Of a DNA stretch of 64,000 nucleotides, positions 43,528-52,682 are shown in pieces. The notes below the pieces were generated by a model. That model did not search any database and was not told the DNA's origin. It saw only the letters and a program-made list of their open reading frames with translations. Positions within the stretch are counted from its first letter, which is position 1; the number at the start of each line of letters is the position of its first letter. Location: positions 228 to 64,227 of the forward strand of contig SVGR01000001.1 of the NCBI GenBank assembly GCA_015056265.1, given 5' to 3'. Origin of the DNA: Clostridiales bacterium. GTDB lineage: Bacteria > Bacillota > Clostridia > Christensenellales > Aristaeellaceae. Both the position numbers and the translations under genes were made by a program.

Positions 43528-44877
43528 ATGAAGAAAGATCTGACCACCGGTTCTCCTCTGCGGCAAATCATCCTGTTTACCATGCCTCTGTTTCTGGGCA
43601 GGCTGCTGCAAAACGCCATGAGCTTTGTCAGCACCGTGGTAATGGGGCGATTTGAAGGCCTGGCTTCCCTGACGGCTGTCAGTTCTACTGCCCCCGTCAT
43701 CTGGCTGATTGTAGGCTTTGCCACCAGCGCAGCCGCCGGTTTCGGTATTCCCGTGGCCCGCCATTATGGCGCCAATAATCCCGACGGCGTCCGTAAATCC
43801 ATCGGGAATACGCTTACCCTCACCCTGATTATTTCGCTGGTCATTTCCGGCCTATCCATGGCCCTCACCCGGCCCATTCTGCAATGGATGCAGACGCCGG
43901 AGGTATATATCGACGACGCCTATGATTATCTTTTCGTTTATTTTGCCGCCACCGGCCTGATCATGCTGTTCAATGTGCTGTGCAATGTGCTGTGCGCCGT
44001 GGGCTCCAGCAAAACCCAGGCGCTTTTCGTCACGGTGCTGGCCATCCTCAATCTTGTTTTCCATGTGCTGTATGTGGGCTTCCTGCGGCTGGGGGCCAGG
44101 GGAGCGGGGCTGGCCATTTTCTCCTCCTATCTGGTGACGGATCTGTGCTGCATTGTTTTTACTGTGAGCAGACACCGGGAAATCCTCCCCCGCCGGAAGG
44201 AACTGCGCCTGGAATGGAATATCACCCAAGGCCTGCTCGGCGCCGGCATGCCCATGGGCATCCAGGGATGCTTTACCTCCTTTGCCCATATCATCACTCA
44301 GGTGACCGTCAATCTCTGCGGTCCGGTGGCCGCCTCGGCGGTTGCATCCGGCAAAAAGGTGGAAAACCTGCTCACTGCGATCTTCTTTTCCCTGGGTACA
44401 GCCATGTCCGTCTATGCCGGGCAGAATATCGGCGCCAAACGGCCCGATCGCATCCGCAAAGGCGTGAATGCCTCCCTGATCTTCGGTCTGGCCGTTTCCA
44501 TGATCATGGGGCTCATCGCCATTACCCTGGGCACGCCCTTTAGCCGGCTCTTTGTCATCACGGATGATATGGCTGTTTATGACGGCATCCAGGCCTATCT
44601 GCAGGCAGTGAGCATCGGCTTTTTCTTCTTCGCGGTGCTAATGGTTTTGCGCAATACCATCCACGGCATGGGCTATTCCTCCATCGCCATGTGGGCCGGG
44701 ATTTTTGAATTGATCGCCCAGGTGATCATCTCCTATCTGGCTTATCGGCATTTCGGGTTCCAGGCCGTGATCTATGCCAATACCGCCGCCTGGGGGCTGT
44801 CCATGCTGTTCCTGATCCCGGCGTATGCCGTTGCGTCCCGTCGGATGAACACCCGTCAGCTGAAGGGCGCCATGTAG
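43528..44877 (+). CDS. MATE family efflux transporter
   Basis: MKKDLTTGSPLRQIILFTMPLFLGRLLQNAMSFVSTVVMGRF plus 12 TM-like segments. Confidence 0.8.
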   Translation: MKKDLTTGSPLRQIILFTMPLFLGRLLQNAMSFVSTVVMGRFEGLASLTAVSSTAPVIWLIVGFATSAAAGFGIPVARHYGANNPDGVRKSIGNTLTLTLIISLVISGLSMALTRPILQWMQTPEVYIDDAYDYLFVYFAATGLIMLFNVLCNVLCAVGSSKTQALFVTVLAILNLVFHVLYVGFLRLGARGAGLAIFSSYLVTDLCCIVFTVSRHREILPRRKELRLEWNITQGLLGAGMPMGIQGCFTSFAHIITQVTVNLCGPVAASAVASGKKVENLLTAIFFSLGTAMSVYAGQNIGAKRPDRIRKGVNASLIFGLAVSMIMGLIAITLGTPFSRLFVITDDMAVYDGIQAYLQAVSIGFFFFAVLMVLRNTIHGMGYSSIAMWAGIFELIAQVIISYLAYRHFGFQAVIYANTAAWGLSMLFLIPAYAVASRRMNTRQLKGAM

Positions 44878-45054
44878 CGCCCGCGCCTGGAAATTTGGGA
44901 TTGCAGTCCATAAAATACAGCGGAAACTCCTATCATTTCGCCTGTATGCGAGCTATAATGAGGGCGAGTTAATCGTTTTTTTCTCCATGTTTCGCGGCAA
45001 ATGCGCCGTCAATCCCCGAAAACACCCTGCATTTGTTTGAAAGGAGACCGTCTT

Positions 45055-46107
45055 ATGCGTTATAAGGAAGATTGGCCCAAAGCCCAGCAACGCCTGACCG
45101 CATTCTGGAATCAGGAGGTTCTGGACCGCTGCTGTGTCAGCATCCGTGCCCAGGATTTCAGCGTCATCCCGCCCCCCGACCGCAGCGATCTGTTCCGTTA
45201 TTGGACGGATCCGGAACTGATCATCCGCTATAACCGGGGCATGATGGAGCGCTCTGCTTATCTGGGGGAAGCATTCCCCTGCATCATGCTCAATCTGGGC
45301 TCCGCCGGCCATGCCGGCTTTTTCCGCGGGGCCAAGCCCGTATATGAGCCCACCACCGTATGGTTTGAGCCTTCCCTGGAAGACGTATCCGATCTGGTAT
45401 TTGAGGAAAGCAGCTTCCTCTACCAAAAAACCCTGGAACTGGCCCGCGCCCTTTCCCAGGACAGCCGGGGCGATTACCTGGTGGGCATGTGCGATGACCA
45501 GGGCAATGCGGACGCCCTGGCCCATCTGATGGGATCGGAAGAAATGCTGATCGCCCTGACGGAAGAGCCGGAAATCATGGGCGACGCCCTGAAAAAAATC
45601 CAGCCTGTCTATGAGCGCATTCATTCCCAGGTCTATGATATCGTTAAAGGCGTAAACGGCGGCAGCTGCCTGGATTGGCTGAATACCTGGGCTCCCGGCT
45701 TGCATGCCATGATGCAGTGCGATCTTTCCGTGATGATCTCCAAGGGTATGTTTGATGAATTTATTCTGCCCGAACTGCAGGCCCAGTGCCGTTTCCTGGA
45801 ATATCCCCTGTATCATCTGGACGGGGTGGAGCAGATCCGCCATCTGGACAGCCTGCTGTCCATTCCCGAATTGAAGGCCATCCAGTGGACTCAGGTAGTA
45901 GGACAGAAGCCCTGCACCGAGTATTTGCCGGAGCTCAGACGCATCCAGGCCGCCGGCAAAAGCCTGATCATCATCGCCGAGCCCCATCAGGTGCCGGTGC
46001 TGATGGAACAGCTGTCTTCCCGGGGCCTGTATCTGATCGTCCACACCCGCACCCGGGAAGAGGGCGAGGCCATCCTGAAAACCGTAGAAAAGGGTACCCA
46101 CGACTGA
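45055..46107 (+). CDS. conserved cytoplasmic protein of unknown function (possibly URO-D-like TIM-barrel family)
   Basis: AAAGGAG lies 9 nt before the ATG. The N-terminus is KEDWPKAQQRLTAFWNQEVLDRCCV. The family assignment comes from memory of similar sugar-locus proteins and is not verified. Confidence 0.5.
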   Translation: MRYKEDWPKAQQRLTAFWNQEVLDRCCVSIRAQDFSVIPPPDRSDLFRYWTDPELIIRYNRGMMERSAYLGEAFPCIMLNLGSAGHAGFFRGAKPVYEPTTVWFEPSLEDVSDLVFEESSFLYQKTLELARALSQDSRGDYLVGMCDDQGNADALAHLMGSEEMLIALTEEPEIMGDALKKIQPVYERIHSQVYDIVKGVNGGSCLDWLNTWAPGLHAMMQCDLSVMISKGMFDEFILPELQAQCRFLEYPLYHLDGVEQIRHLDSLLSIPELKAIQWTQVVGQKPCTEYLPELRRIQAAGKSLIIIAEPHQVPVLMEQLSSRGLYLIVHTRTREEGEAILKTVEKGTHD

Positions 46108-46141
46108 TCCGTATTCCCCAGGAAAAGTTCACACATCCCTG

Positions 46142-46171
46142 CGGCTGTTGTTTTTTCCGACAGCCGTTTTT
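46142..46171 (+). terminator. terminator
   Basis: CGGCTGT/ACAGCCG stem followed by T5. Confidence 0.5.
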
Positions 46172-46184
46172 CTTGTATAAAAAT

Positions 46185-46210
46185 AAAGCGCAGGCAAATA
46201 CCTGCGCTTT
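46185..46210. terminator. bidirectional terminator
   Basis: AAAGCGCAGG-caaata-CCTGCGCTTT between convergent genes. Confidence 0.65.
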
Positions 46211-46237
46211 TAACGTCCCGACGGACTGAATAATGGC

Positions 46238-47347
46238 TTATTCAAAACGAATTTTTGCAATCCAGAGGGAATTATCGCTGCCATATTTTTCGCATCCGCT
46301 GGGCTGCATCCATTCCGCCGTGGACAGCCAGAATTCATTTTCCGAAAGCTCTGTCACATTGAAATTGCCCAGCCTGGCCCCTAATTCAGGCACTAGAATC
46401 ACCTCGGAATCCTTAACCAGGCACATCCTTTCCTCATCAAACCGCGCCATGAAGAGGGGCGCCCTGTGGCGGAATACATGATCGTTATTGGCCCCTCGCC
46501 GGGTATAGGCCAGATACAGCCCGTCCTTATGCCGGATCCACCGCTGCATGGTATTGTAGTTTTCAAGAATGCTGCCGTCATCCCATTTCCACGGGATAGG
46601 CGCAGAATAGGTAAGCCCGTTATCGCTTACTGATATCATCCCCTGTTCATCGGTTCTCAGCGTCATATAATATCGATTGCCCAATTTGGCCACCGATGGC
46701 TCATCCAGGCCCCGGCCTGCCTCCGGATACGCCAGCGCTTCCCCCGCCTGGGCAATGGTAATCACACCGTTTTCGTACCGATACCGCACCGCCACCGCCC
46801 TCGATTTGATTTTTCCTGCCGGCGTGGCATAGAATGTCAGCAAAAAATCTCCGTTTTCATATTCCACAATCTGCCCAAAAGGCGTGGCAGAAACCGTATC
46901 AAAGGGCATGGGCAGCGGACGTACTTTTTCCACATAATGGCCGTTTTCCGGACTGCGCAGCGTATATCCCGCCTCGCCAATGGCAATGCCGCCAATCATG
47001 ATGGGCTCCCGATCATTTTCATAGCTGGTGTGCCTGCCAAAGACAAACCACTTTTTGTGGTACTTACTGTAAAATTCCAGCCCCGGCATGAAAATTGTTC
47101 GCACGCCGTTTTCTTTTGTTTCTATTTTTTCCAGCATTTCGGGCAGTCCAAAGGTCTTTCCGCCATCCGTGCTTTTTACAAAGAAGATATCGTTAACCAC
47201 GTCGATCCCCGAAAGTAACAGCATGGTGTAGGTCATGAATATCCCTTGTTCGGTTTTAACGATCTGCGGGCAGATTTTGCACTCTTTGCCATCAAAGCCG
47301 CCCATCATCCGAATGCGTTCATACGTAAAGCGCGTTCCGTTTTCCAT
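46238..47347 (-). CDS. cytoplasmic BNR/sialidase-fold beta-propeller protein
   Basis: No signal peptide. Asp-box STDGGKTF and a second degenerate SVSDNGLTY. 369 aa. Confidence 0.6.
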   Translation of the reverse strand: MENGTRFTYERIRMMGGFDGKECKICPQIVKTEQGIFMTYTMLLLSGIDVVNDIFFVKSTDGGKTFGLPEMLEKIETKENGVRTIFMPGLEFYSKYHKKWFVFGRHTSYENDREPIMIGGIAIGEAGYTLRSPENGHYVEKVRPLPMPFDTVSATPFGQIVEYENGDFLLTFYATPAGKIKSRAVAVRYRYENGVITIAQAGEALAYPEAGRGLDEPSVAKLGNRYYMTLRTDEQGMISVSDNGLTYSAPIPWKWDDGSILENYNTMQRWIRHKDGLYLAYTRRGANNDHVFRHRAPLFMARFDEERMCLVKDSEVILVPELGARLGNFNVTELSENEFWLSTAEWMQPSGCEKYGSDNSLWIAKIRFE

Positions 47348-47411
47348 CCTTTATTTCATTCTCCTTTATTCGTCAGTTTTGAATTGATTCTACCACACGT
47401 TCAACATCATA

Positions 47412-47986
47412 TCAAGCATCATCCTTCCTTTCCGTGAAAAGAATGGCCTGCTTGCCCTGCTCATCGGCTGGAACGCCTGCGTATTTCATCCCACCAGTGC
47501 CGCGGAGGAGCCGTATGGACGGCGTATTCTCAATCAGATGGCGGCTGACGGAGCCATTTAGACAGTCCGCCTCTACACGATATTTGAAGATATTTGCTCG
47601 ATTATCTGATGGAAAAAGGACACGATCTGCTCTTTTCCTATGCGGGGATTCCCGATTGTATCGGCTTCTCAGTCCAAAATACAACCACCTGCACAAAAAG
47701 TAAAACGCATTACATAAGAAAAAAATGTGGAATATCTCCCCTCCCCATAACTACGCACTATGGGAAGAAATATGTTATTGCTATCCATGCCCACAATACC
47801 GAGGACGATCTTGTCTGCGATGGTCATGGCGGCGCCGCTAGTGCATTTCTTGGCGGAATGCCCATCCGCCGCTATACGGACGCGGAAATTTCCGGTGAGG
47901 CATGGTCGCACATACGCCAATTGCATTACAGGTGCGCTGACATGAGGCACAATTGTGGGTATTCTTCCGGCGTTCCCCATAGGCAC
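47412..47986 (-). pseudogene. possible frameshifted GNAT N-acetyltransferase remnant
   Basis: Two overlapping minus-strand ORFs (47669-47986 and 47412-47696). The second contains ENTPSIRLL..GMKYAG, which resembles a GNAT C-terminus. The region is AT-richer. Weak call. Confidence 0.3.
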
Positions 47987-48218
47987 GACGCCTGTTTTCG
48001 CCTGCAGGGCGCCGGTATCAGCAAGGGATTTTCACGTTCTTCATTTCGTCGGCATGAATACACTGCTTGCTATAGTTTCCAACGCATCAAAAGCAAGAAA
48101 AAAGGGCTTGCCGTCTGCCACACGCGGACAACAAGCCCTTTAGACCGGTTCATTTTTCCATCTTCCTTTGGCCGGTACTGTATATATCAGCCCCAGCCAA
48201 GAGGCTTGATTCATGCAA

Positions 48219-48467
48219 TTACTTGAGAATCTTGAAATAATCCAGGCAGGAAATCACGATGCCTGCCAGCACATACAGATCAACCAAACCGCCCACGATG
48301 CCAACAATCACGCCGACAATCGGAATCTTGGCCAGCACGCCGATGAGAACGCCGGCAACGATGCCTACCACCAGGTAGATCAGCACGTTAATGACCAGCG
48401 CAGCAACATCCTTCTTCTCAACAAAGGAGAAGGGGAAAACCGTCTTCAACAGAGCCAGAGCATTCAT
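48219..48467 (-). CDS. 82-aa membrane protein (2 TM)
   Basis: AGGAGG lies 8 nt before the ATG. The segment VINVLIYLVVGIVAGVLIGVLAKIPIVGVIVGIVGGLV is hydrophobic. It lies downstream of the XRE gene. Confidence 0.65.
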   Translation of the reverse strand: MNALALLKTVFPFSFVEKKDVAALVINVLIYLVVGIVAGVLIGVLAKIPIVGVIVGIVGGLVDLYVLAGIVISCLDYFKILK

Positions 48468-48549
48468 GACATACGCCTCCTAATCAAATACTCGCCATCA
48501 TTATACGCATTTTGGGTAGAATTTGCAATAGATTTGCCAAAATTCATTT

Positions 48550-48765
48550 TTATTTGATGCGTTTTTTCTCCAGACCCAGGACATAATCGGCGCTGACGCC
48601 GTAAAACCGGCACAGGGTTTTCAAGTGCCGGATGGGCATTTCATTGATGCCGTTCTCATAGCGGGAATACACCTGCTGGGTGGTGTGCAGAACCGCCGCA
48701 ATGTCCGCCTGCTTCAAATCCCGATCCTCTCTCAGCTCCCGGATGATCTCCCAATATTCCTTCAT
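48550..48765 (-). CDS. XRE family HTH transcriptional regulator
   Basis: LRELREDRDLKQADIAAVLHTTQQVYSRYENG. GGAGGAAGAC precedes the ATG. Confidence 0.85.
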   Translation of the reverse strand: MKEYWEIIRELREDRDLKQADIAAVLHTTQQVYSRYENGINEMPIRHLKTLCRFYGVSADYVLGLEKKRIK

Positions 48766-48828
48766 GTCTTCCTCCGATGAAAATACAAATTGAATGCAAT
48801 TTAGTATATGTACATCAGAAGTGGCGTA

Positions 48829-48858
48829 TTGACATTTACACCATATTTGGTGTATAAT
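48829..48858 (+). promoter_or_regulatory. strong promoter with embedded palindrome (candidate XRE operator)
   Basis: TTGACA (48829-48834), 18-nt spacer, TATAAT (48853-48858). The palindrome ACACCA-tatt-TGGTGT (48838-48853) sits inside the spacer. Confidence 0.55.
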
Positions 48859-48916
48859 GTTTCCAGCATCGATGCCTACTCATGAAACTTGAGAGAAAGA
48901 GAGAGAGGTAATTTAA

Positions 48917-49396
48917 ATGAAGAAACTGTTTTCCTTGCTCCTGGCCCTGTGCCTGATGGTTTCCTGCTGCGCTGTTGCAATGGCGGAAAGTGATGCCCTA
49001 GAATTTGATCCCGGTCTGACCAACGCGGCAGAATACTCTACTTCCGAATGGTGTGAAAGCGCTAAAAATCGTGCACTCCTGTATGGTTGTCTTGTTTTCG
49101 ATATGTACATGGCTGATGTACTTGATGAACAGTTTGAGTTGTCTCTGGCACATGACGTATATGTAGGCCGCACTGCGTCGGAAATTGTCTTGTTCTTTTG
49201 CAATGATGAGACCCTACTTACCCTCATCTATTCTCCAGTGCTGGGCACTGCCTACTATATGTTAACTGAAACGACCAGTGCTGAACTTTATGCTGAACTT
49301 GCTTGTGATGAAATTTGTCTGAAAAGCTACACCATTTCTCAGCTCGACCAAGCTGACGCGCTGGAAGAGTTATTAAGCGCATTGAAAAACCTGTAA
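48917..49396 (+). CDS. secreted Cys-containing protein, unknown function
   Basis: Signal peptide MKKLFSLLLALCLMVSCCAVAMA. 159 aa. AT-richer codon usage. Confidence 0.6.
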   Translation: MKKLFSLLLALCLMVSCCAVAMAESDALEFDPGLTNAAEYSTSEWCESAKNRALLYGCLVFDMYMADVLDEQFELSLAHDVYVGRTASEIVLFFCNDETLLTLIYSPVLGTAYYMLTETTSAELYAELACDEICLKSYTISQLDQADALEELLSALKNL

Positions 49397-49466
49397 AAAG
49401 CGTTTCGGGTCATCAAAATCCCGAAACATTCAGTTTTTTACAGAAGCCGTTTTTTCTTATTTCCCC

Positions 49467-49495
49467 TTGAAATTCCTGCTCACTTCCTGTATAAT
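49467..49495 (+). promoter_or_regulatory. promoter of the proS T-box leader
   Basis: TTGAAA (49467-49472), 17-nt spacer, TATAAT (49490-49495). Confidence 0.6.
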
Positions 49496-49501
49496 AAATG
49501 C

Positions 49502-49767
49502 AATTGCAAAGGCATTCCGGGGGAATGGAGAGCCGATTGGCAGAGAGCGCGTCCTTGGCTGAAAGATGCGCGCAGGCCCTTTACCCGCCCCTGTGGCAGC
49601 GGCCAATCACCGCCGGGTGCTCCCGTTACAGGGCGTGAAAGATGGGCGCATGGATGCGTGGATTTCTGAAACTCCGTTATGGATTTCAGAAGGAAAGGCT
49701 GCGCCAAGCAAGGTGGTACCGCGAAGCTTCCCTTCGTCCCTGCAAAGGACGGAGGGCTTTATTTTTT
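49502..49767 (+). promoter_or_regulatory. T-box riboswitch leader (tRNA-Pro sensing inferred from the downstream gene)
   Basis: AGAGAG box, F-box CCGTTA (49623-49628) and T-box AAGGTGGTACCGCG (49710-49723). The terminator stem spans 49730-49756 (CCCTTCGTCC.../...GGACGGAGGG) and is followed by CTTTATTTTTT just before the proS RBS. Confidence 0.85.
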
Positions 49768-49782
49768 GAGGAGGGAATACCC

Positions 49783-51225
49783 ATGGCCAAGGAAAAGAAA
49801 CAGGAATTTGTGCAGCACATTACCCCCCGGGATGAAAATTTCTCCCAGTGGTATACCGATGTGGTCACCCAGACCGATCTGATGGATTACACCCCCGTCC
49901 GGGGCTGCATGGCCTTAAAGCCCTACGGCAACCGCATTTGGGAATTGATCCACGATCAGCTGGATCAGATGTTCAAGGAAACGGGCCACGAAAACGTATC
50001 CATGCCCATGCTGATTCCCGAATCCCTGCTACTGAAGGAAGCGGATCATGTGGAAGGCTTTGCCCCCGAAGTGGCCTGGGTCACCCAGGGCGGCAACGAA
50101 CCTCTGCAGGAGCGGCTGGCCGTACGCCCCACCAGCGAAACCATTTTCTGCACCATGTTCTCCAAGTGGGTGCAGTCTTACCGCGATCTGCCCATGAAGT
50201 ATAATCAGTGGTGCTCCGTGATGCGCTGGGAAAAGACCACCCGCCCCTTCCTGCGCACCGCTGAATTCTGGTGGCAGGAAGGCCACACCGTCCACGCCAC
50301 CGCCGAAGAAGCAGAAGAAGAAACCCAGATGATGCTGAAGGTTTACCAGAAATTCTGCGAAGAAAACCTGTCCATCCCCGTCTACGCCGGCCAGAAATCC
50401 GATAAGGAAAAGTTCGCCGGCGCCCGGGCCACTTATTCTGTGGAAGCCATGATGCAGGACGGCAAGGCCCTGCAGGCCGGCACCTCCCATAACTTCGGCA
50501 CCAATTTCTCCGTGCCCTTCGAAGTGCAGTATCTGTCCAAGGAAGGCAAGCTGGAATACTGCCATGAAACCAGCTGGGGCGTATCCACCCGCCTCATCGG
50601 CGCCATCATCATGACCCACGGCGACGAGCGCGGCCTGAAGCTGCCCCCCAAAATCGCCCCCTTCCAGGCGGTGATCCTGCCCATCGCCGCCCACAAGGGC
50701 GGGGTTATGGAAAAGTGCGAAGAGGCTTTCCAGACCCTGAAGAATGCCGGCGTCCGGGTGAAGCTGGACGACCGGGATAACGTATCCCCCGGCTGGAAGT
50801 TCAACGAATGGGAGCTGAAGGGCGTGCCTGTCCGCGTTGAAATGGGCCCCCGGGATATCGAAAACGGCGTGGCTACCGTGATGCGCCGGGATACCTTCGA
50901 AAAGACCACCATTTCCCTGGATAATCTGGCGGAAGAAATTCAGAAGCTGCTTGACGATATCCAGAAGAATATGTATACCATCGCCAATGATTTCCGTCTC
51001 TCTCATACCAAGGATGTTTTCACCTATGAAGAGCTTACGGAACAGGTGAACGGCGGCTACGCCCGGGCCATGTGGTGCGGCGATCGTGCCTGCGAGGATA
51101 AGATCAAAGAAGAAACCGGCGCTACCTCCCGCAATATGCCCTTCGATCAGACCCCCATCGGCGATACCTGCGTCTGCTGCGGCAAGAAGGCCGATAAGGT
51201 AATGTATTTCGCCAAGGCCTATTAA
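49783..51225 (+). CDS. proS: proline--tRNA ligase, archaeal/eukaryote-like type (no INS editing domain)
   Basis: GAGGAGGG lies 7 nt before the ATG. Contains FSQWYTDVVTQTDLMDYTPVRGCMALKPYG, RPTSETI and the C-terminal zinc motif CVCCGKKADKVMYFAKAY. Confidence 0.9.
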   Translation: MAKEKKQEFVQHITPRDENFSQWYTDVVTQTDLMDYTPVRGCMALKPYGNRIWELIHDQLDQMFKETGHENVSMPMLIPESLLLKEADHVEGFAPEVAWVTQGGNEPLQERLAVRPTSETIFCTMFSKWVQSYRDLPMKYNQWCSVMRWEKTTRPFLRTAEFWWQEGHTVHATAEEAEEETQMMLKVYQKFCEENLSIPVYAGQKSDKEKFAGARATYSVEAMMQDGKALQAGTSHNFGTNFSVPFEVQYLSKEGKLEYCHETSWGVSTRLIGAIIMTHGDERGLKLPPKIAPFQAVILPIAAHKGGVMEKCEEAFQTLKNAGVRVKLDDRDNVSPGWKFNEWELKGVPVRVEMGPRDIENGVATVMRRDTFEKTTISLDNLAEEIQKLLDDIQKNMYTIANDFRLSHTKDVFTYEELTEQVNGGYARAMWCGDRACEDKIKEETGATSRNMPFDQTPIGDTCVCCGKKADKVMYFAKAY

Positions 51226-51255
51226 TCGGGATCATCCGGTGTAAATCCACAATAG

Positions 51256-51297
51256 AAAAAAGGGGCTGCTGCGGAAAAATTCTGCAGCAGCCCTTTT
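51256..51297. terminator. bidirectional terminator
   Basis: A6, GGGCTGCTGC ... GCAGCAGCCC, T4. It sits between convergent genes. Confidence 0.7.
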
Positions 51298-51307
51298 GAA
51301 TGGAGCA

Positions 51308-52624
51308 TTAAGTGAGCACCCGCCAGATGCAAAGCAGCAATATGGACATGGCAAAGCTGCCAAACCACACAAAACAAAGGAGAAATACGCGCAGGCAGCC
51401 ATACCGGGAGTTGTTTAGAATCAGCATCCGCTCTTGATAAGCGTTGATTTGCTTGATATAGCGGAAATGGCGCCAGAAGGGTAAGCCGCAGCCTGCAAAA
51501 TAGACCATTGTTAGCAGCAACTTCCAATACCAGGCAACATCCCGGGGTTCGCTGAGCCAGGAAGAAGAATTCTCCAGCGCATTGATCCGAAACATCATGA
51601 TGACGCTCAGCACGATGCATACAATAGTTACGGCAACGGCAATCCACAGCAGGGTCATGGCCCTTTGGCTCCAGCTGTTGATTGTGGGCTGCATGGCTTC
51701 CGCTTCCTCCGGGGAAAGCTGGATTTTTTCTTTATGGGCGGCAAGCCGCGCCTTGGCGTTTTCCAATTCTTCCTCCATGGTGAGCGGCTTGCCTGTCAGC
51801 GCTGCATCACGCTTGAGCATTTCCTTCAGCTGGGCGTCCAGAGGATTTTTCTCGGCGCGATAGGCGTTGACCGCCTCCATTATTCCTTTACGGTTCTTGC
51901 GCAGAACCACATAAAAATCCTTGCCGCTCTCCGCAATGGCAAATTGATTTTGGGAGGTTTTCAGTTTATAGCGGCCGTGCTCATCATGACAATTGAAATA
52001 CAGATACCATTCATAGGTGGTGGTATCGCCGGTGGAATCTTCTTCCTCTTCCTTATCGATCAGGGGAGAGCAGATCAGATGGAAATCCCCCTGCTGCAGC
52101 TCTGCTTCCAGCTTCCGGCCTTTGATCTGTGCACGAATGATGAAAAAAATGCACAGCGCAGCCAACGGCCCAAACAGCCACCAGAGGTTCAGAATGCCTT
52201 CCAGTCCATTGGCTGGTATGCCGCACACGGCAACGGCCAATGTGAAAAAAAGGAAAAACCAGCCTATAGATCCTTTCTTTCCCTTGGCACAATCCCGGGC
52301 AATGCGATCTGCCGTCAGGAATTCCTCCGGCACGTCCGCCACTTTTTTCGGCTTCACCGCCGGCAGATACTGCCCCAGGGCCGCCCCTGTCATGGAGATG
52401 GCGAAGCCGCTGATAACCACGCACCAGAAGGCCGCCATGGAGACCTTGCTTAACGCTGCGCCCCCCAGCAGCACCAATGTGCCGCCGAGGATCAGCCAAA
52501 GTTTCAGTTTCTCCCGCTTGCGGATCCAATGATCCCGGAATTCCTCATATTCACTTTCCTTGATATCCGGATATTTGGCATGCAGTATACGGTCCAGACG
52601 CGCAGTTTTTTCTTTGTCCGTCAT
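51308..52624 (-). CDS. multi-pass membrane protein with a central soluble/coiled-coil region, unknown function
   Basis: GGGAGG lies 9 nt before ATG 52624. Hydrophobic blocks flank a charged middle region (EEEEDSTGDTTTYEWYLYFNCHDEHGRYK...). Confidence 0.6.
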   Translation of the reverse strand: MTDKEKTARLDRILHAKYPDIKESEYEEFRDHWIRKREKLKLWLILGGTLVLLGGAALSKVSMAAFWCVVISGFAISMTGAALGQYLPAVKPKKVADVPEEFLTADRIARDCAKGKKGSIGWFFLFFTLAVAVCGIPANGLEGILNLWWLFGPLAALCIFFIIRAQIKGRKLEAELQQGDFHLICSPLIDKEEEEDSTGDTTTYEWYLYFNCHDEHGRYKLKTSQNQFAIAESGKDFYVVLRKNRKGIMEAVNAYRAEKNPLDAQLKEMLKRDAALTGKPLTMEEELENAKARLAAHKEKIQLSPEEAEAMQPTINSWSQRAMTLLWIAVAVTIVCIVLSVIMMFRINALENSSSWLSEPRDVAWYWKLLLTMVYFAGCGLPFWRHFRYIKQINAYQERMLILNNSRYGCLRVFLLCFVWFGSFAMSILLLCIWRVLT

Positions 52625-52682
52625 GCTGTCGTCCTCCCTTTTCAATGGGTACACACATCAGCTGTGTGATTTCAGCGGACGA

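Noticed and set aside
47594-48226. A 210-aa plus-strand ORF in the AT-richer islet.
   Set aside because: It has no RBS and a Cys/His/Arg-rich nonsense-like composition. It overlaps the more plausible minus-strand GNAT-like remnant and the 82-aa membrane gene.
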